From contig CBFFRQ010000094.1 of NCBI GenBank assembly GCA_965644315.1, forward strand, positions 186,001 through 250,000: 64,000 nucleotides of DNA. Direction: 5' to 3'. This document shows, in pieces, positions 1-11,800 of the stretch; the first letter of the stretch is position 1; every line of letters begins with the position of its first letter. Both the position numbers and the translations under genes were made by a program. The notes under the pieces were generated by a model. It had not been told where the DNA came from. It saw only the letters and a list, made by a program, of their open reading frames with translations, and did not search any database. Origin of the DNA: Caecitellus pseudoparvulus (lineage: Eukaryota; Protista; Bigyra: Bicosoecida).

Positions 1-279
1 CGCCACGAAGTGCACCTTGCACGTGCCCACGTGAGACTTGTGGCGCTCCAGGGCCTCAGCCAGGTCTTCCACCTGCTCCTCAAAGGTCGTCGCCTTGGCG
101 TAGTACGTCCAGGCTACAGGCAACACGCCGTGCTGGGCCAGGGTGTGCTGCAGGGGCAGCCATTGGTGCGCCTTGGACCTGAACCCCCCGATCAACATGA
201 CAGTAGGCTTACTCAGTAACGCTGAGCGCAGCGCGCCTGAGGGCACGTTCGAATACGCCCATGGAAGACACGCTGCCAT
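1..279 (-). CDS. Alpha/beta-fold hydrolase (lipase/esterase-like), N-terminal part; runs off the window start
   Basis: Not in the ORF track. Manual translation from ATG at 279: MAACLPWAYSNVPSGALRSALLSKPTVMLIGGFRSKAHQWLPLQHTLAQHGV...FEEQVEDLAEALERHKSHVGTCKVHFVA. 'PTVMLIGG' resembles the oxyanion strand, and 'VHFVA' is the strand that normally precedes the HSxGG nucleophile elbow (outside the window). Confidence 0.6.
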   Translation of the reverse strand, partial: MAACLPWAYSNVPSGALRSALLSKPTVMLIGGFRSKAHQWLPLQHTLAQHGVLPVAWTYYAKATTFEEQVEDLAEALERHKSHVGTCKVHFVA

Positions 280-380
280 GGCGTTGCAACCAATTTCCGC
301 ACAGACCACGCCCCCCCTTCGCTGCCCATCACGGCGCACCACTGCAGCGCAGTGCAGCGGGCTGCCAAGTGGTGCATTGT

Positions 381-3300
381 TCACGCGGATTGTGCGATTT
401 TCTCCACCCCCAGCACTGCTGCTGCCCCCCCAAAGACACTGGGCGTCTGGGTCAACACTTCGCCTGGCACGCCTTGGCTCGCAGCCACGCTGGCAGCAGC
501 GACCGCCAGCAACGACTGCGGGCGGACGTTGTAATCGAGGGCCTTGGCCATGACAATGTCCGCAGCAGCCGCCCCGAATTCCATGTCCTCAGACAGCACC
601 TGCGCGTCCATGGCTGACGTGGCGGCACCGCCCTCGCCTGCTGCTGCTGCAGCAGCAGAGGAAGTCGCTGCCGCGCCCCCTGCAGCGAGGCGGCGCGCTG
701 CCACGCAGTCCCGCAGGACCTGTGGCAGCGCCGTGAGCAAGAACTGCACATTCACCATGAAGTCACTGCCCAGCAACTGCCCCGCGCTGAGACCCAGCAA
801 CGCCAGGGACGTGCGGTGCAGCGCTGACCACCCCTCCACGAGCCACAAATCCCACACGCGCGTCACTGCCTGCAACGGCAGCGTGGAGCCAGACGCAAAA
901 AGCGTCATGAACCACCCTGCGCTGTACATGCTGGCAGAGATCTCCTGTTGCGCCAGGCGCAGCGACAGCTGTGGCAGGGACACTGCCAGCTGCGCGTCCA
1001 TTTGAGCAAACGCCAACCCGGCGCCCTGCAGCCCAGAACTGTACACTCGCCGCAGGCCGTATCGCTGCACAAAGACAAACAGCATCCACAATGCTGCTTG
1101 CTCGTCTCCGTTGAACACTCGCAGCAGCAGGGCCGTCACGAAGTTCATGCCTTGGCAGTAACCCACCCGTGGCTCCAGCACGGAAAACGCCAGCAGCACC
1201 CGCCTGAGCGCAGCACGTGCGGCGGCCACAGACGCCATGCTCATGCTTTCGTGGGCCGAAATGGGGGGAATGGCGTCCCCAGGCCCGGGTTCCATCGCCT
1301 GTGACTCCTTCTCGTCGTCCAGGCACTGCCCTGCAGCCTCCAAACGCCGCCGGTGGCAACGCAGCACTTCGCCAAAAGTCCGCTGCACGTCAGCGTCAAC
1401 CTGCGCGTGAGGCACCGTCCAGGCGGCAGCTGAGGCAGGAATCTCTGCTGCGTCCCCATCCACCAACGCAACCAGTGCGCCAGGCGCCGGGACTTCAATG
1501 CCGTACGCGCCACGCAACATGCGCGGCTCAGTTGCCGCAATGCACCCTGCCGCAGCGGAGCGCAGGCAGCTGACAGCTTCGCCCAGCTGTGCTTCGGCAG
1601 CGTCACGGTCCCCTCGGGCTGCGGCTTCTTCGGCGTGCAGGATCTTCAGTGTGTCCTGGATGGCCGTCCACTTGTCGACTTCTGCAGGCTCCAAGCCGTG
1701 GTGCCCCGCCACCACCACGCCAGGCTCGGCTGCCTGCATGCCTGACGCAACAGGCACGCCCAACGGCACCTCAGACGAGACGCCCCGCACACGGGAGTGG
1801 AAACCCATGTCTTCGCCCTCCTGCTCGGCTGTGCCAGTGACTTCCGTGAACACTGGCGGCGTGTGGGCCTGCCGCAGGCTGGCGTTCATGGCGGCGTCTC
1901 CAGCCCCCGTGGCGCCAAGAAACGCCTCCGGGGGCGGCGCCTCTGGCGGCGAGGCCTGGCTCTGCCCAGTCTTGGACGCCGCCAACATGTCTGGCGTGAT
2001 GCCCACATTGCCCCGCAGCCCCACCACATCCACTGCGTCGGGGTGCGGCGAGCCACGCCCCTGGTTGCCCGGCGCTGGCCGCTTGCCGCGCTTGGCCCGA
2101 CTCCCCGTCACGGCGCGCGTCTGCTGTGTGACATTCTGCAGCCCAGACTCGTGTGGCGCGCCCGTGCCCTGCTGTGAGTCCGCAGACCGCCGCCGCAGCG
2201 CTGTCAGCCGCCCCCAGAGGCTACCGGAACGGGGCGTGCTGGCCGGTTCCAGGGGGGGCGTCTGGTCCCCTTCCGCCCCCTCCTCGACCACACGCGGATA
2301 CACACCCTCCCCACTCTCATCCTCTTCCTCTTCCACCTCTGTGGCGGTGTCTGGGGCTGGGGCCGCCGCGGGGGCACTGTGAAAGCGCTGGTCACGGCTC
2401 GCACCCCACTTGGCACTGGAGGCACGCGGCAGGGGGGCGCCCGTCGCCGCACTGGCGCTGACATCCTGCAGGGACACGGCAGCTGCCTTGTCCAGCAGAG
2501 CCGCCTCCTCACCTTGCACCTGGGCCACGTCTCGCTGCAGGGAAGCGAGCGTTGCGTCGGCGGCAGCCACGCGCTCAGCTGCCGCCGCCACACTCAGCGC
2601 CGCTGCCACGAGGCGCTCTGCACTGGGCTGCAGCGCAGCATCGCCCACAGGCAGCTCGCCAAAGGCGGCAGGGGGTGTGTTGGGGCCCGCTGCCCACCTG
2701 GCTATGGGTCGGGGGAGAGCTGCCCAACGCAGGCGAACTGTGATGTGGGGCACGGCGGAGCCTGTGGGCAGCGCACACGCCAGAGGCGTGCCTTGAGCCA
2801 CAGCCCCGCCCTGTGGCCACAGGGCTGGCGGCAGGCGTGTGCTGGGGGCGACGCCTGGCGGCACTGGCACGCCCACCGCCGCTGCGTGCCACTGGTCACA
2901 CGCCCCGGCACTGCCCAGTGCCAGCCACAGCGCGGGGCGGAGGGAGGGTGGCACGCCACCTGGGCGAGACACGGCCTGTCGCCACAGCGCGAGGTCGTGG
3001 CGCAGGGGCAGTGCGCGCCACATGCGGCACACGGGCGCCAGGCGCAGCACTGTGCGGAGGGGCAGGAAGCTCAGAACGTGCAGGAGGAGGGGCGTCTGGT
3101 ACAGGGCGGGTACGCCGTGGGTGTGGCCCAGGAGACGCTGGCGCAGTCGGCGCCGCTGCTCCACTTGGCGTGGCTGGGGCCGTGGCACGGGCACACCGCC
3201 CTGCCCTCCAGCACCCGCGCCAGCAGTGTCGGGAGACTGAGGCCGGGCCAGGGTGCTGCGGTTCTCCCCGTGGCGCCCCTTTGCGAACCAGCGCACACCC

Positions 3301-3543
3301 AGCCCAGGCGCCGCGATGACTCGTGCTGCGTCATGTTGCACTTGCAGATCATCCAGTTCCCGCTGGTTCAGCTTCAGCTGGGCCCTCAGCTCCTGTGTGC
3401 GGCCGCGTGGGTGCGTGCAGGGTGCGGAAATTGGCCCCCAACCTGGAAGCCTTGCCACGCACCCCAATCTCCTGCTCAGCCATGGCGAGGCGCACCTTGG
3501 CCTCGGCCAGGCCCGTCTCCAATTCATCTCGGCTGTGCGCCAT
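381..3543 (-). CDS. F-box + Rab-GAP TBC domain protein, ~1030 aa; exons 3543-3463 and 3392-381
   Basis: F-box-like LLLHVLSFLPLRTVLRLAPVCRMWRAL (~3095-3010). TBC motifs GVPPSLRPALW, VDADVQRTF (R-finger) and GYCQGMNFV (Q-finger), then WFMTLF and RVWDLWLVEG. A 70-nt intron joins two coiled-coil halves in frame (EQEIG|ELRAQL). Confidence 0.85.
3393..3462 (-). other. Spliceosomal intron, 70 nt, phase 0
   Basis: GTGCGT donor and CACAG acceptor; joins ORF 3349..3666 to ORF 381..3623 in frame. Confidence 0.8.
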
Positions 3544-4062
3544 TTCAGACCCGCTGAGGTCACTGAGTTCCGCAGGGCGGCGGGGACTGCCAAGGGAAGG
3601 CTGCCGCCGCCTTGGCCAAGCACTGCTGCCAGACGTCACCAAGCGACCTGCCTCGCACTCGAGCACCTCGGCACAGCAGAAGCGTCCCCTGGGCTGGTAT
3701 CATGAGAGGGGGGTCTTGATTTGAGGCGATGACGTGTGTGCTGTCGATTTTTGTGGGACGCAGGACGACGGCTGGTGATTCGTTACAGCTGCAAAGCGAC
3801 CGAAGACCTTGGTGTCGGGCAAAGATTGGCGTGCTGCACACTTGTAAACGATCCGAATGCTTCAAAAGTCATGCGCCCCGTGAGCACAGCAGCTCACAGC
3901 ACACCGCCCTAACAATTTACGGGCTTGTCCTTTGCCGTGCTGTGTGCTGCGAAGGTGGATGGTACAGGCAGTTGGAGCGGCGCAGTCAGACACAGCCTCC
4001 GGCTTTGAGGCAAGCCGGACTCTCCCGGCTGCTCAGACTGCCCACCCCTGCAGGCAAAAGGC

Positions 4063-5232
4063 ATGGAAGTCGAAGGCTTGAAGCGCCCACTGAGTCTTGC
4101 AGAGTTCAGCAGCATCCGGCAGCGAAAACTCAGCGCGGCAAAGGCAGCACAGGCTGCAGCGGATTTTGAGAAGGAAACGCAGGGTGGAGAGGCTGCGGCG
4201 CAGAGTCGCGGAGGTGCAGGTGGGCATGACCAGGAGCACTTTGCGTGGGTAAACTCGCGAGGGTTTGTGCAGTTGACATTGCTGGGCGTCGTGTACGACA
4301 TTCTGCTGCTGGCCGCCGGGCAGGCGCTCGCGCTGCAAGACCTTCGAACGAAGTCCCGCAGCCCTGTGCTGGCTGCTGCCAGTGACGGCTTGGAGGTGAC
4401 GGCGTACCTGGGTGCCATTGTGGCGGCAGCATCTACGCTCGCCATCATTGGCCACTGCCTGCGCAATCTGCGCCCTCCACGCCTCCTTCAGCTTGCCGAC
4501 GTTCTGTGCAGTGCTGGGTTTGTGGTGGCAGGCTTCGTCTTGGGCATGCGTGAGGCTCGCTTGCTGGCAGTGCTGCGCCTGGCAAACATCTACACCTTGA
4601 TGCACACGGTGCAGAGCGAGTGCGAAGCGGAGGCGTCGCATTGGCGGTCTGTGGCAGAGGTGGCTGAGCGGCGCGCAGCCTCCGCGACGTCCCAAGCAGA
4701 CCAAGCCACCACGAAGTGGACACACGAGACAAGCACCCGCCAGAGAGCCGAGCTGCACGTGCAGCAGTACAAGGAGGAGGCTCTCATGCTGAAAGAGGCG
4801 CTGTACATTGCCTCGCAAGACATGGCGGCATTGCAGGAGCGACTGCAGGGGGGGCGGGCCAAGGCGGGGGCCAGCCCCCCAGACGCCAGCACAGCACCTG
4901 AAGACGCACAGACGTCAGCTCTCCTAGCGGAGTTCCTGGCTGACGTGGGCCTTGCGTCAGGGGCGCTGTCTCCGGCTGCGCAGGCTGAGGTGCTGGGCGT
5001 GCTGTTTGAGGAGGCCACAGGGCGGGTGCGGGAGCGCCTGGCTTCAGTGCTGGCTGAATCCGGCGCAGCGTCTGGCGTTGGCGGCACGGTGTCGTCGGAA
5101 GGGGGCGCCTTGCAGCTGCCCAGTGGGGCTTCTGTGGGCAGCGCCAGTACGCGGTCCGGGCGGAGGGGTGTGACTGGGCGGGCTGTCGTGCGCATGGACG
5201 GCGCCTTCAAGGTGCTGCAGAAGGCGACGTAG
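4063..5232 (+). CDS. Four-TM voltage-sensor-like (Hv1/TMEM266-like) membrane protein with long C-terminal coiled coil
   Basis: S1-like NSRGFVQLTLLGVVYDILLL with a mid-helix Asp, S3-like QLADVLCSAGFVVAGFV, S4-like EARLLAVLRLANIYTLM, followed by an E/R/Q-rich heptad segment. Confidence 0.55.
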   Translation: MEVEGLKRPLSLAEFSSIRQRKLSAAKAAQAAADFEKETQGGEAAAQSRGGAGGHDQEHFAWVNSRGFVQLTLLGVVYDILLLAAGQALALQDLRTKSRSPVLAAASDGLEVTAYLGAIVAAASTLAIIGHCLRNLRPPRLLQLADVLCSAGFVVAGFVLGMREARLLAVLRLANIYTLMHTVQSECEAEASHWRSVAEVAERRAASATSQADQATTKWTHETSTRQRAELHVQQYKEEALMLKEALYIASQDMAALQERLQGGRAKAGASPPDASTAPEDAQTSALLAEFLADVGLASGALSPAAQAEVLGVLFEEATGRVRERLASVLAESGAASGVGGTVSSEGGALQLPSGASVGSASTRSGRRGVTGRAVVRMDGAFKVLQKAT

Positions 5233-5679
5233 GGTTGGGTGCACTGAAGGCCGCACTACAGTCGTCACATGGGCCGAATGCAAAGGGCTGGACACGGGGC
5301 TGAGGAGCTGAGCCAGTCTTTGTAGCCGCGTGGGAAACGGGTTTTCCCACAACATTCGGGGTATCTTCGCAATGCCCTCCACTTCCCACTTTTCACGCTT
5401 CTAACGTCCCACATGTGCTGGAGCATCTCTTCGCTGCAGCGCTCCCTCTGTCGCGGCTCAGCTTGCCAGGTGCAGTGCAGTTGCAGGCAGTCTGGACCTT
5501 CGCGCCTAGCTTGACAACGCAGCGTTTCTGAAGCGCCGAACGCACGTGCTGAGCATTCAGAGACGGTGACACATCGCCTCTGAACACAGCAGTGGGCGCG
5601 AGTGCTTCCTTGGCCCCCCTTGCAGGCGTCTCGCGGCACAGCGAAGCAGCGCTACTTCCGCACCCTCTCCAGCGAAAGC

Positions 5680-8613
5680 ATGGCTTCTCTGGAAGGCCAG
5701 GGCTCCACAGCGATGCCGAGGCAGCCCAACACACAAGACATCCAAGATGCCGGCGCAGGTTCCCCCCAGCGGGCCCAGGCTGGCCCTGGCATGGTCATGG
5801 TGCGGCAGGGCTCCCTGCTGAAGGAGCGCGACCACATGTCAGGCTGGCGCCCCCGGGTGTTCCGCCTGGAGGGCTCCCGCATCTCCTACTTCATCTCCGA
5901 CTCCTCCTCCAAGGTGAGGGGTGCTGCGCAGCTGGGCGCGGGGTGTGGCGTGCGCCCTCTGGACGCCGGCTACAGCAAGAGCGGGCGCAAGGCGGCAGGG
6001 GACCAGTTCTACCCCTTCCTGCTCACCATGTCCAACTCGCACAAGTCCTGGCGCCTGGCGGCCAATTCCGAGGAAGAACGCACCAAGTGGGTGGAGGCGC
6101 TCAGCAACGCCATCTCGCGGGGCGGGGCCGTGCCGGGGACTGGCGGCACGGGGGGGGGGCTCCTGGTGTCCTCACCCCCCCCCAAACCAGGCGACCCGTC
6201 CACCCCCATGACAGCGGCGTCCCAGCGCAGCGGCACGCGCTTTGAAGGGGATGACAGCAGCTCTGACGACGCCGCGCCGGCGCAACAGGCGCCACCCCGG
6301 GCTGCTGCAGCCACCGGGGCCGGCACCAGTCCAGCTGCGAAGGCACCCGCTGCGGCGGTGCCGGGGGCCGATGCCGGCAGTGGCTTCGACCCTTCTCGTG
6401 TGCAGCCGGCGCTGCCTCCAGGGGAGTGGGGCGCCCTCATCCGCCGTGGCTTCGACCGCCTCAGGGCAGAGGCAGATGACCGCTCCCGCTGGACGCCCAA
6501 CGGCGAGGCGGACGGTGTGCGCAAGTTTGTGGGGAAGGGCGCGGGGGCGACGGGGCGTGGTGAGGGCTTCGTGCCGTTTTCGCGAGAGGACATCATGGAC
6601 ATGCTGGTGGACATCTCCAATCGCGGCGAGACGGACGAGCAGTTCGAGCGGGGCCACGTCGTGGAGCGTTTCAACGCCAACGCCACCGTCACGTACTTCC
6701 GCTTCAAGAGCCCCAGCATGTTCATCGCGCAGCGAGACATGGTCAACGCGACGGCGTGGTACGTGGAGCCGCCGGCGGAGGGTGGCACGCTGTACATCAT
6801 GGGGTCTTCCATGGAACACCCCGAGTGCCCGCCCGACGCCAAGTGTGTGCGCGCACACTGCGACTTGGGGGGGTGGATCATCCGACCTCGGGTCGCGCAG
6901 CGCCTCCTGGCCAGCAAGCAGCCCATCCCCCCCGGCACGAACCTGGACGCCGAGGGCTGTGACTGCACCTACCTCGTGCGAACCGATCTGAAGGGGGACC
7001 TACCTACCTCCATTGTGGCTGGCGTCGTGGCCAAGCAAGCCATGATCGTCGCAGCCCTGCGCAAGGCCCTGGTGCGGAAGTACACCCGCCAGGGCCTGGG
7101 CGAGGCGGCTGGGCAGCGCACCTCCTGCGCCAAGGGGGCCCATGGTTTCCACTCCTTCGCCCGGGCGCCCCCTGCTGAGCTGGAGGCTGCCAAGGCGGCC
7201 TGGGCACAGCAGCACGCGGGAGCGGCCTCTGCGCCTGCCGCGGGCTCGGCCGAGGCGGATGGCGCGGCGTCTGGTGAAACAGACAAGTCCCCAGCCGCCC
7301 ACCGGGCAGCGACGCCTGCTCCGTCGGGGGGGGGCCAGGGCAAGGCGCAAGCGCAGGGGCACTCTGCGCTGGCCAGCCCCAGCTCCGTACAGGGATCGGC
7401 AGGCGCGATGTCCCCTGCGGTGGATGCCGTGGTGCACGCCGTGTCCGCGCCAGACAAGCCCTGGAAGCGGCGGGCGCCAGCGCTCGTGCTCCGAGCAGTC
7501 TCCTTCCTGCTCGCCCTGGCCATGCCAGTGGCCGTGCTGGCAGCGTCTCTGGTGCTGGCGGGGCCATCTGCGCCTGCCACCACGCCTGGGGAGTGGGTGC
7601 AGTGGGTGCTAGGCGGGGAGTGGGCCCATGCCCCCGCCTCCAGCCTCATGTGGCCGGCGCTGCTCACGCTGCTGGCGGCGTACATGGCAGGTGTGGCCAT
7701 GGTGCGTGCGTGGCTGGGCGCGTCGTGGATGACATCCCGGCGCCGTATGCTCATCACGACGTGGGATGCGCCCAAGAACGGCAACATCATGGGGTCCCTG
7801 GAGGTGGACGTGGGCCCCCTGCAGACGTGGATGGCCCAAGTCCGACAGCGCACGGGCGTGAAAGTCACCTACACACACGCAGTCATCAAGGCTGTGGGCC
7901 TGGCTCTGCGTGCCTGCCCAGGCCTCAACGGCCACATCGCCTGTGGCGAGTACTGGCCGGCTGACTCAGTGGACGTCGGCTGCCTCGTGGCCACTGAGCG
8001 GGATGAGAACGACAACGCCGTGGCTGGGCAGGTGACGTCTCCCGTGGCGGGGGCTACGGGGGCCAAGAAAGGCCGCACGTACGATCTGGCCAATGCTCTG
8101 CTGCAGGATGTGGACGGCACACCCGTGGCCACCCTGGCGGAGCAGCTGAAGGTGTCTGCGAGCAAAATCCGCAGCGGCAAAGACAAGGACTACGAAGGCA
8201 CCAAGCCGCTCCTGCGCATGCTGCCTAACTTCCTCATTCGGTTCATCCTGCACGACATCGTGGGCTTCCTCGGGAACTCCCTGGGCTGCGCCATCCCCGC
8301 CCTGGGCGTGAAGCCGTACATGTTCGGGGCAGCCATGGTCACGTCCGTGGGCATGATGGGGCTGGACATGGCGTGGGCGCCGTTCACGCCGTGGGCGAAC
8401 ACCCCCCTCATCGTCACCATCGGGGCTGTGAAGGACCGTGTCGTGGCAGTGGACGGCTCGGCCGTCGTGCGCCCCATCCTCATGGTCACCGCCGTCGTGG
8501 ACCACCGCTACCTGGACGGCGCAGATGGAGCCAACGTGGCCAGGGTTGTGAAGACTGTCCTGGAGCACCCGGAGCTGCTGGACAAGGACTACTCCAGGCC
8601 TGTCGACGCTTGA
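5680..8613 (+). CDS. PH - START - 2 TM - 2-oxoacid dehydrogenase E2-type acyltransferase catalytic domain fusion protein
   Basis: PH: VRQGSLLKERDHMSGWRPRVFRL...AANSEEERTKWVEAL. START: FKSPSMFIAQRDMV, SSMEHPECPP, CVRA, YLVRTDLKGDLP. Two hydrophobic helices. E2 domain: KVTYTHAVIKAVGLALRACPGLNG, VTSVGM, catalytic DHRYLDG (8500-8520), LEHPELL. First ATG at 5680. Confidence 0.85.
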   Translation: MASLEGQGSTAMPRQPNTQDIQDAGAGSPQRAQAGPGMVMVRQGSLLKERDHMSGWRPRVFRLEGSRISYFISDSSSKVRGAAQLGAGCGVRPLDAGYSKSGRKAAGDQFYPFLLTMSNSHKSWRLAANSEEERTKWVEALSNAISRGGAVPGTGGTGGGLLVSSPPPKPGDPSTPMTAASQRSGTRFEGDDSSSDDAAPAQQAPPRAAAATGAGTSPAAKAPAAAVPGADAGSGFDPSRVQPALPPGEWGALIRRGFDRLRAEADDRSRWTPNGEADGVRKFVGKGAGATGRGEGFVPFSREDIMDMLVDISNRGETDEQFERGHVVERFNANATVTYFRFKSPSMFIAQRDMVNATAWYVEPPAEGGTLYIMGSSMEHPECPPDAKCVRAHCDLGGWIIRPRVAQRLLASKQPIPPGTNLDAEGCDCTYLVRTDLKGDLPTSIVAGVVAKQAMIVAALRKALVRKYTRQGLGEAAGQRTSCAKGAHGFHSFARAPPAELEAAKAAWAQQHAGAASAPAAGSAEADGAASGETDKSPAAHRAATPAPSGGGQGKAQAQGHSALASPSSVQGSAGAMSPAVDAVVHAVSAPDKPWKRRAPALVLRAVSFLLALAMPVAVLAASLVLAGPSAPATTPGEWVQWVLGGEWAHAPASSLMWPALLTLLAAYMAGVAMVRAWLGASWMTSRRRMLITTWDAPKNGNIMGSLEVDVGPLQTWMAQVRQRTGVKVTYTHAVIKAVGLALRACPGLNGHIACGEYWPADSVDVGCLVATERDENDNAVAGQVTSPVAGATGAKKGRTYDLANALLQDVDGTPVATLAEQLKVSASKIRSGKDKDYEGTKPLLRMLPNFLIRFILHDIVGFLGNSLGCAIPALGVKPYMFGAAMVTSVGMMGLDMAWAPFTPWANTPLIVTIGAVKDRVVAVDGSAVVRPILMVTAVVDHRYLDGADGANVARVVKTVLEHPELLDKDYSRPVDA

Positions 8614-8849
8614 TCTCTGCAATGCACTCGTGCCTGCTGCTCCAGGGAGGTTGTGCGGGGACACAGTTCGACCCTGCCAAAACACACTGGTGGCGCAAGT
8701 CAATGCGCTCGCAAACTCGGGCCGAGTGTAGGGGTGGCCAGCGGCCGACGCCCTTGGCAAGGCCAGCCCGGCCTGTTCAGCTGCAGGCGGCGAAACGCCG
8801 TTTTGAGAAACGCACGGCCCACAGGAAAGTCGAGCTTGCATGTGGCAGC

Positions 8850-11800
8850 ATGGAGCCGCTCAGCCTCCCACGCCCACGCAACTTGATGCAGAGCATGCAG
8901 TATGCTGCAAGTTCGGGTGATGGCCTCGTGGTCACTTGCTCCTCGCCTGTGGCGGCTTCGTTCGAGACGGGCGGCAGCAGCAGCTCTGGTGCGGGCACCA
9001 CGACCCCTGTCCCTGGTGCAGGCACAGTCAGCATGTTCACCCCCATTGCGACAGAGTCAGTGGCTAGTGTGGGCAGTGCTCTTGAAGTCCTCACTGCCGC
9101 GATGCATGCCCTTACTGGGCGCGCAGAAGCCGATGCCGGCCCGCTGCCAGGCGATGGCGCACTGCACGCGCTTGTTTCATACGGGTACAGCAGCGACGAG
9201 CAGGTAGCTGCTGTGATTCAAAGTGCAGGGGGGGTCCACGACACCAACGCTTCTGGCGAAACCGCTTTGCACGTTGCCGTTCGGGGCTGCTACTTCCATG
9301 GCGTGTACGTGCTGCTCGCTGCTGGGGCTGACCCCAATGCGCAAACCGTCGATGGAGACAGCCCAGCACTGCTGGCCACCGTGTCCAGCGAGTACGCTGT
9401 CGAGCTACTAGACGTCCTCTTGGAGGCAGGGGCTGATGTGAACTGCGCCAACTCTGACGGGCTGACGCCCCTCATGGCCTGTGCCGCAGGCTCTGCTCCG
9501 TGTGCGTTGGCTGCCATGATCATCCAGACTGGGGCTGACCTCGACCTGCAAGATGCGCATGGCTGCTCTGCCCTCCACTTCGCTTGTCACTGGAATGATG
9601 CTGAGCTGGTCCGGCTACTCTTGGAGGCTGGTGCGGACGTGGCCCTACGAACCAGAGGGCCGAGCGCCTTCACACCGTTGGAGCTGGCACAAGAGCTGCG
9701 CCACGAAGCATGTGTCGCGCTGCTCCAAAGTGCGGAAAAGGAAAGGGCATGGCGCAAAGTTGATCCCCATCAGGGCACTCTGCACGGTGTTGCCGCTTCC
9801 CCACAACTCAGTGTGCTGGCTGCGCAGCTGAAGGAAGCAGAGGCAGCGGCCAAGAACGCCGAGGGGCGCGCCCGTGCAGCCGACAGACAAGTTGAGGATC
9901 TCCGCATACAGTGTGCAAGTCTTGAGCAAACTGCCAACCAGGTGCGCCATGAACTTGCGCACAAGGTGTCTGAACTGTCTGCACAGCTTGCGTCTGCCAG
10001 CGCACTCACCGACACTTGGCAAGCGGCTGCCCAGGCGGCGCAGCAGGAAACCCTGACCCTAAAGCAGGACGGCCAGCAGCGTGCAGCACTTGTAGAAAAG
10101 ATTCAAGGAGACCTGCGTGACGCAGTGCGCAGAGAACAGGAGCTGCAAGCTCGTGTGCAAGCACTGGAGACCTTGCTCGCGACCACAACAGAGGAGCGTG
10201 ACCAGGCACAGCGCTTGCTCTCAGAGGAGCGAATACACGCAGGCACAGCATCCAGTACAGAGGGCGCCTCATCTCTGGAGTCGATGCCCGCTTCGGATGT
10301 GGCCCTTCAAAGCCCGGGCCAAGTCGGCCTTGTCGAAGAAGGGACGCTGAGTGTCGCGTCGAGCGGTTCCTCCGGTGGGCCAGGAGCTGAATTCCTTGAC
10401 GCGCGTGAACTGGAGACTGATGACGAGCTGGAGGAATGGCCTGAATCTGCGCCTGCTGCAGAGGACCTGGTTCCCACCTCTGAACTTGATGCGCAGGCAA
10501 AGCTTGCAGAGTCGGAGCTTCCGGCGCCTTGGGAAGCAGGCTACGACGATGACGGGTCCTTCTACTTCTACAACAACGACACAGGGGAGTCATTTTGGGA
10601 GATGCCCACGGCACTAGAGGAGGCGCTGGGAGTCGCCTCAGCTGTTGCAGACAGCTCGCTCAGCAAACCGCCGGCAGGCACGGCGGAAGGCGAGAAGCAG
10701 GACAGGATCATGGCTGTTTGGAGCACGTTTTTCGAGCGCCTTGCAGCCTCCCAAATGCGGGCCGCCAGGGAGCTGTCGGATGAAGCGGCGCTGTCTTGCT
10801 TGGTGGAAGCGGTGCAGAAGGGGGACACGGAGGGCGCTCTGGACACGCTGCGACGGGGCAGCGTTCCGGCCCCACACTTGTGCATCTGCTCTGGGTTCGA
10901 GGCGCAGATGTCCATTCTGCACATGGCAGCGTGGAACAACGATGTCCACATGCTGCACATCCTGCTGGATCTCCCTGGAGAAGGTGCCGACGTCGACGCC
11001 TGTGACGGGCTCGGCAACACTCCGCTGCATGTGGCTGCCATGAGCGTCTCCGAGCCTGTGCCGAACGGTGGTGCACCAGCCGGGGTTCCCCACGCGCTTG
11101 CGGCAATCCTCCAAGCGGGTGCGAGCGTCCATGTCTGTAACCTTGCAGGGGATACCCCCCTGAGCATTGCTGCGCTGGGTCACAGTTCTGACGGCGTGGA
11201 ATGGCTGCTTCGGTACGGGGCTAGTGTTCACTGCGCAGTGGCCCCAGACATTCAGTCCCACCTCCCAGACAGCGACAGCGCAGGTCAAAAGGAGTACTTG
11301 CCTCTGGCTATGTCAAAAGCGGCAGCAGTGGACCCGTTGCATCTCCTGCAAGCGCTGGAACAGGAATTGTCCGCGGCCATGCTGCAGCATTCAGCTGTCG
11401 TGGTCGCTGACGAGGAGAGCGAGGTACACAAGCTTCAAAAGATAGTCCAAGCACTATCAAAACAAGCTAGCCAGGAAAAGGGGGTGGGTAAGGTGGCTCC
11501 TCCGTCCTGTGCATTGCTGAAAGGGGTTCCGCGCACCACAGCGGGCTGCGAGCCACTGGCCAGGCCCCTGAGCCCTGCCTTTGGACCACAACAGGCTAGC
11601 GAGCAAAGCGGCGGAACAATTTGGGGACTGGTCAGTGGCATTTTCAAGACGCGCGAGAACGTGGAGACTGACGAGTGCCCTCTGGAGTCCGACGACGAGC
11701 AAGCGCACTTGCCGCCCCCCGTGCTAGTGGCAGAAGGTGTGGGCACTTCAGCTTCCATGGCAACAGCAGCTTCTCGCAAGCGGCGACTTGTACGGAGGGA

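Noticed and set aside
5330-5350. Palindrome GTGGGAAA-CGGGT-TTTCCCAC as paired CSL sites or terminator
   Set aside because: Single occurrence, wrong spacing for paired CSL sites, no U-tract, eukaryotic context.
7730-8613. Annotation as pyruvate/2-oxoglutarate dehydrogenase E2 subunit
   Set aside because: No lipoyl or E3-binding domain and no transit peptide; fused to PH-START-TM.
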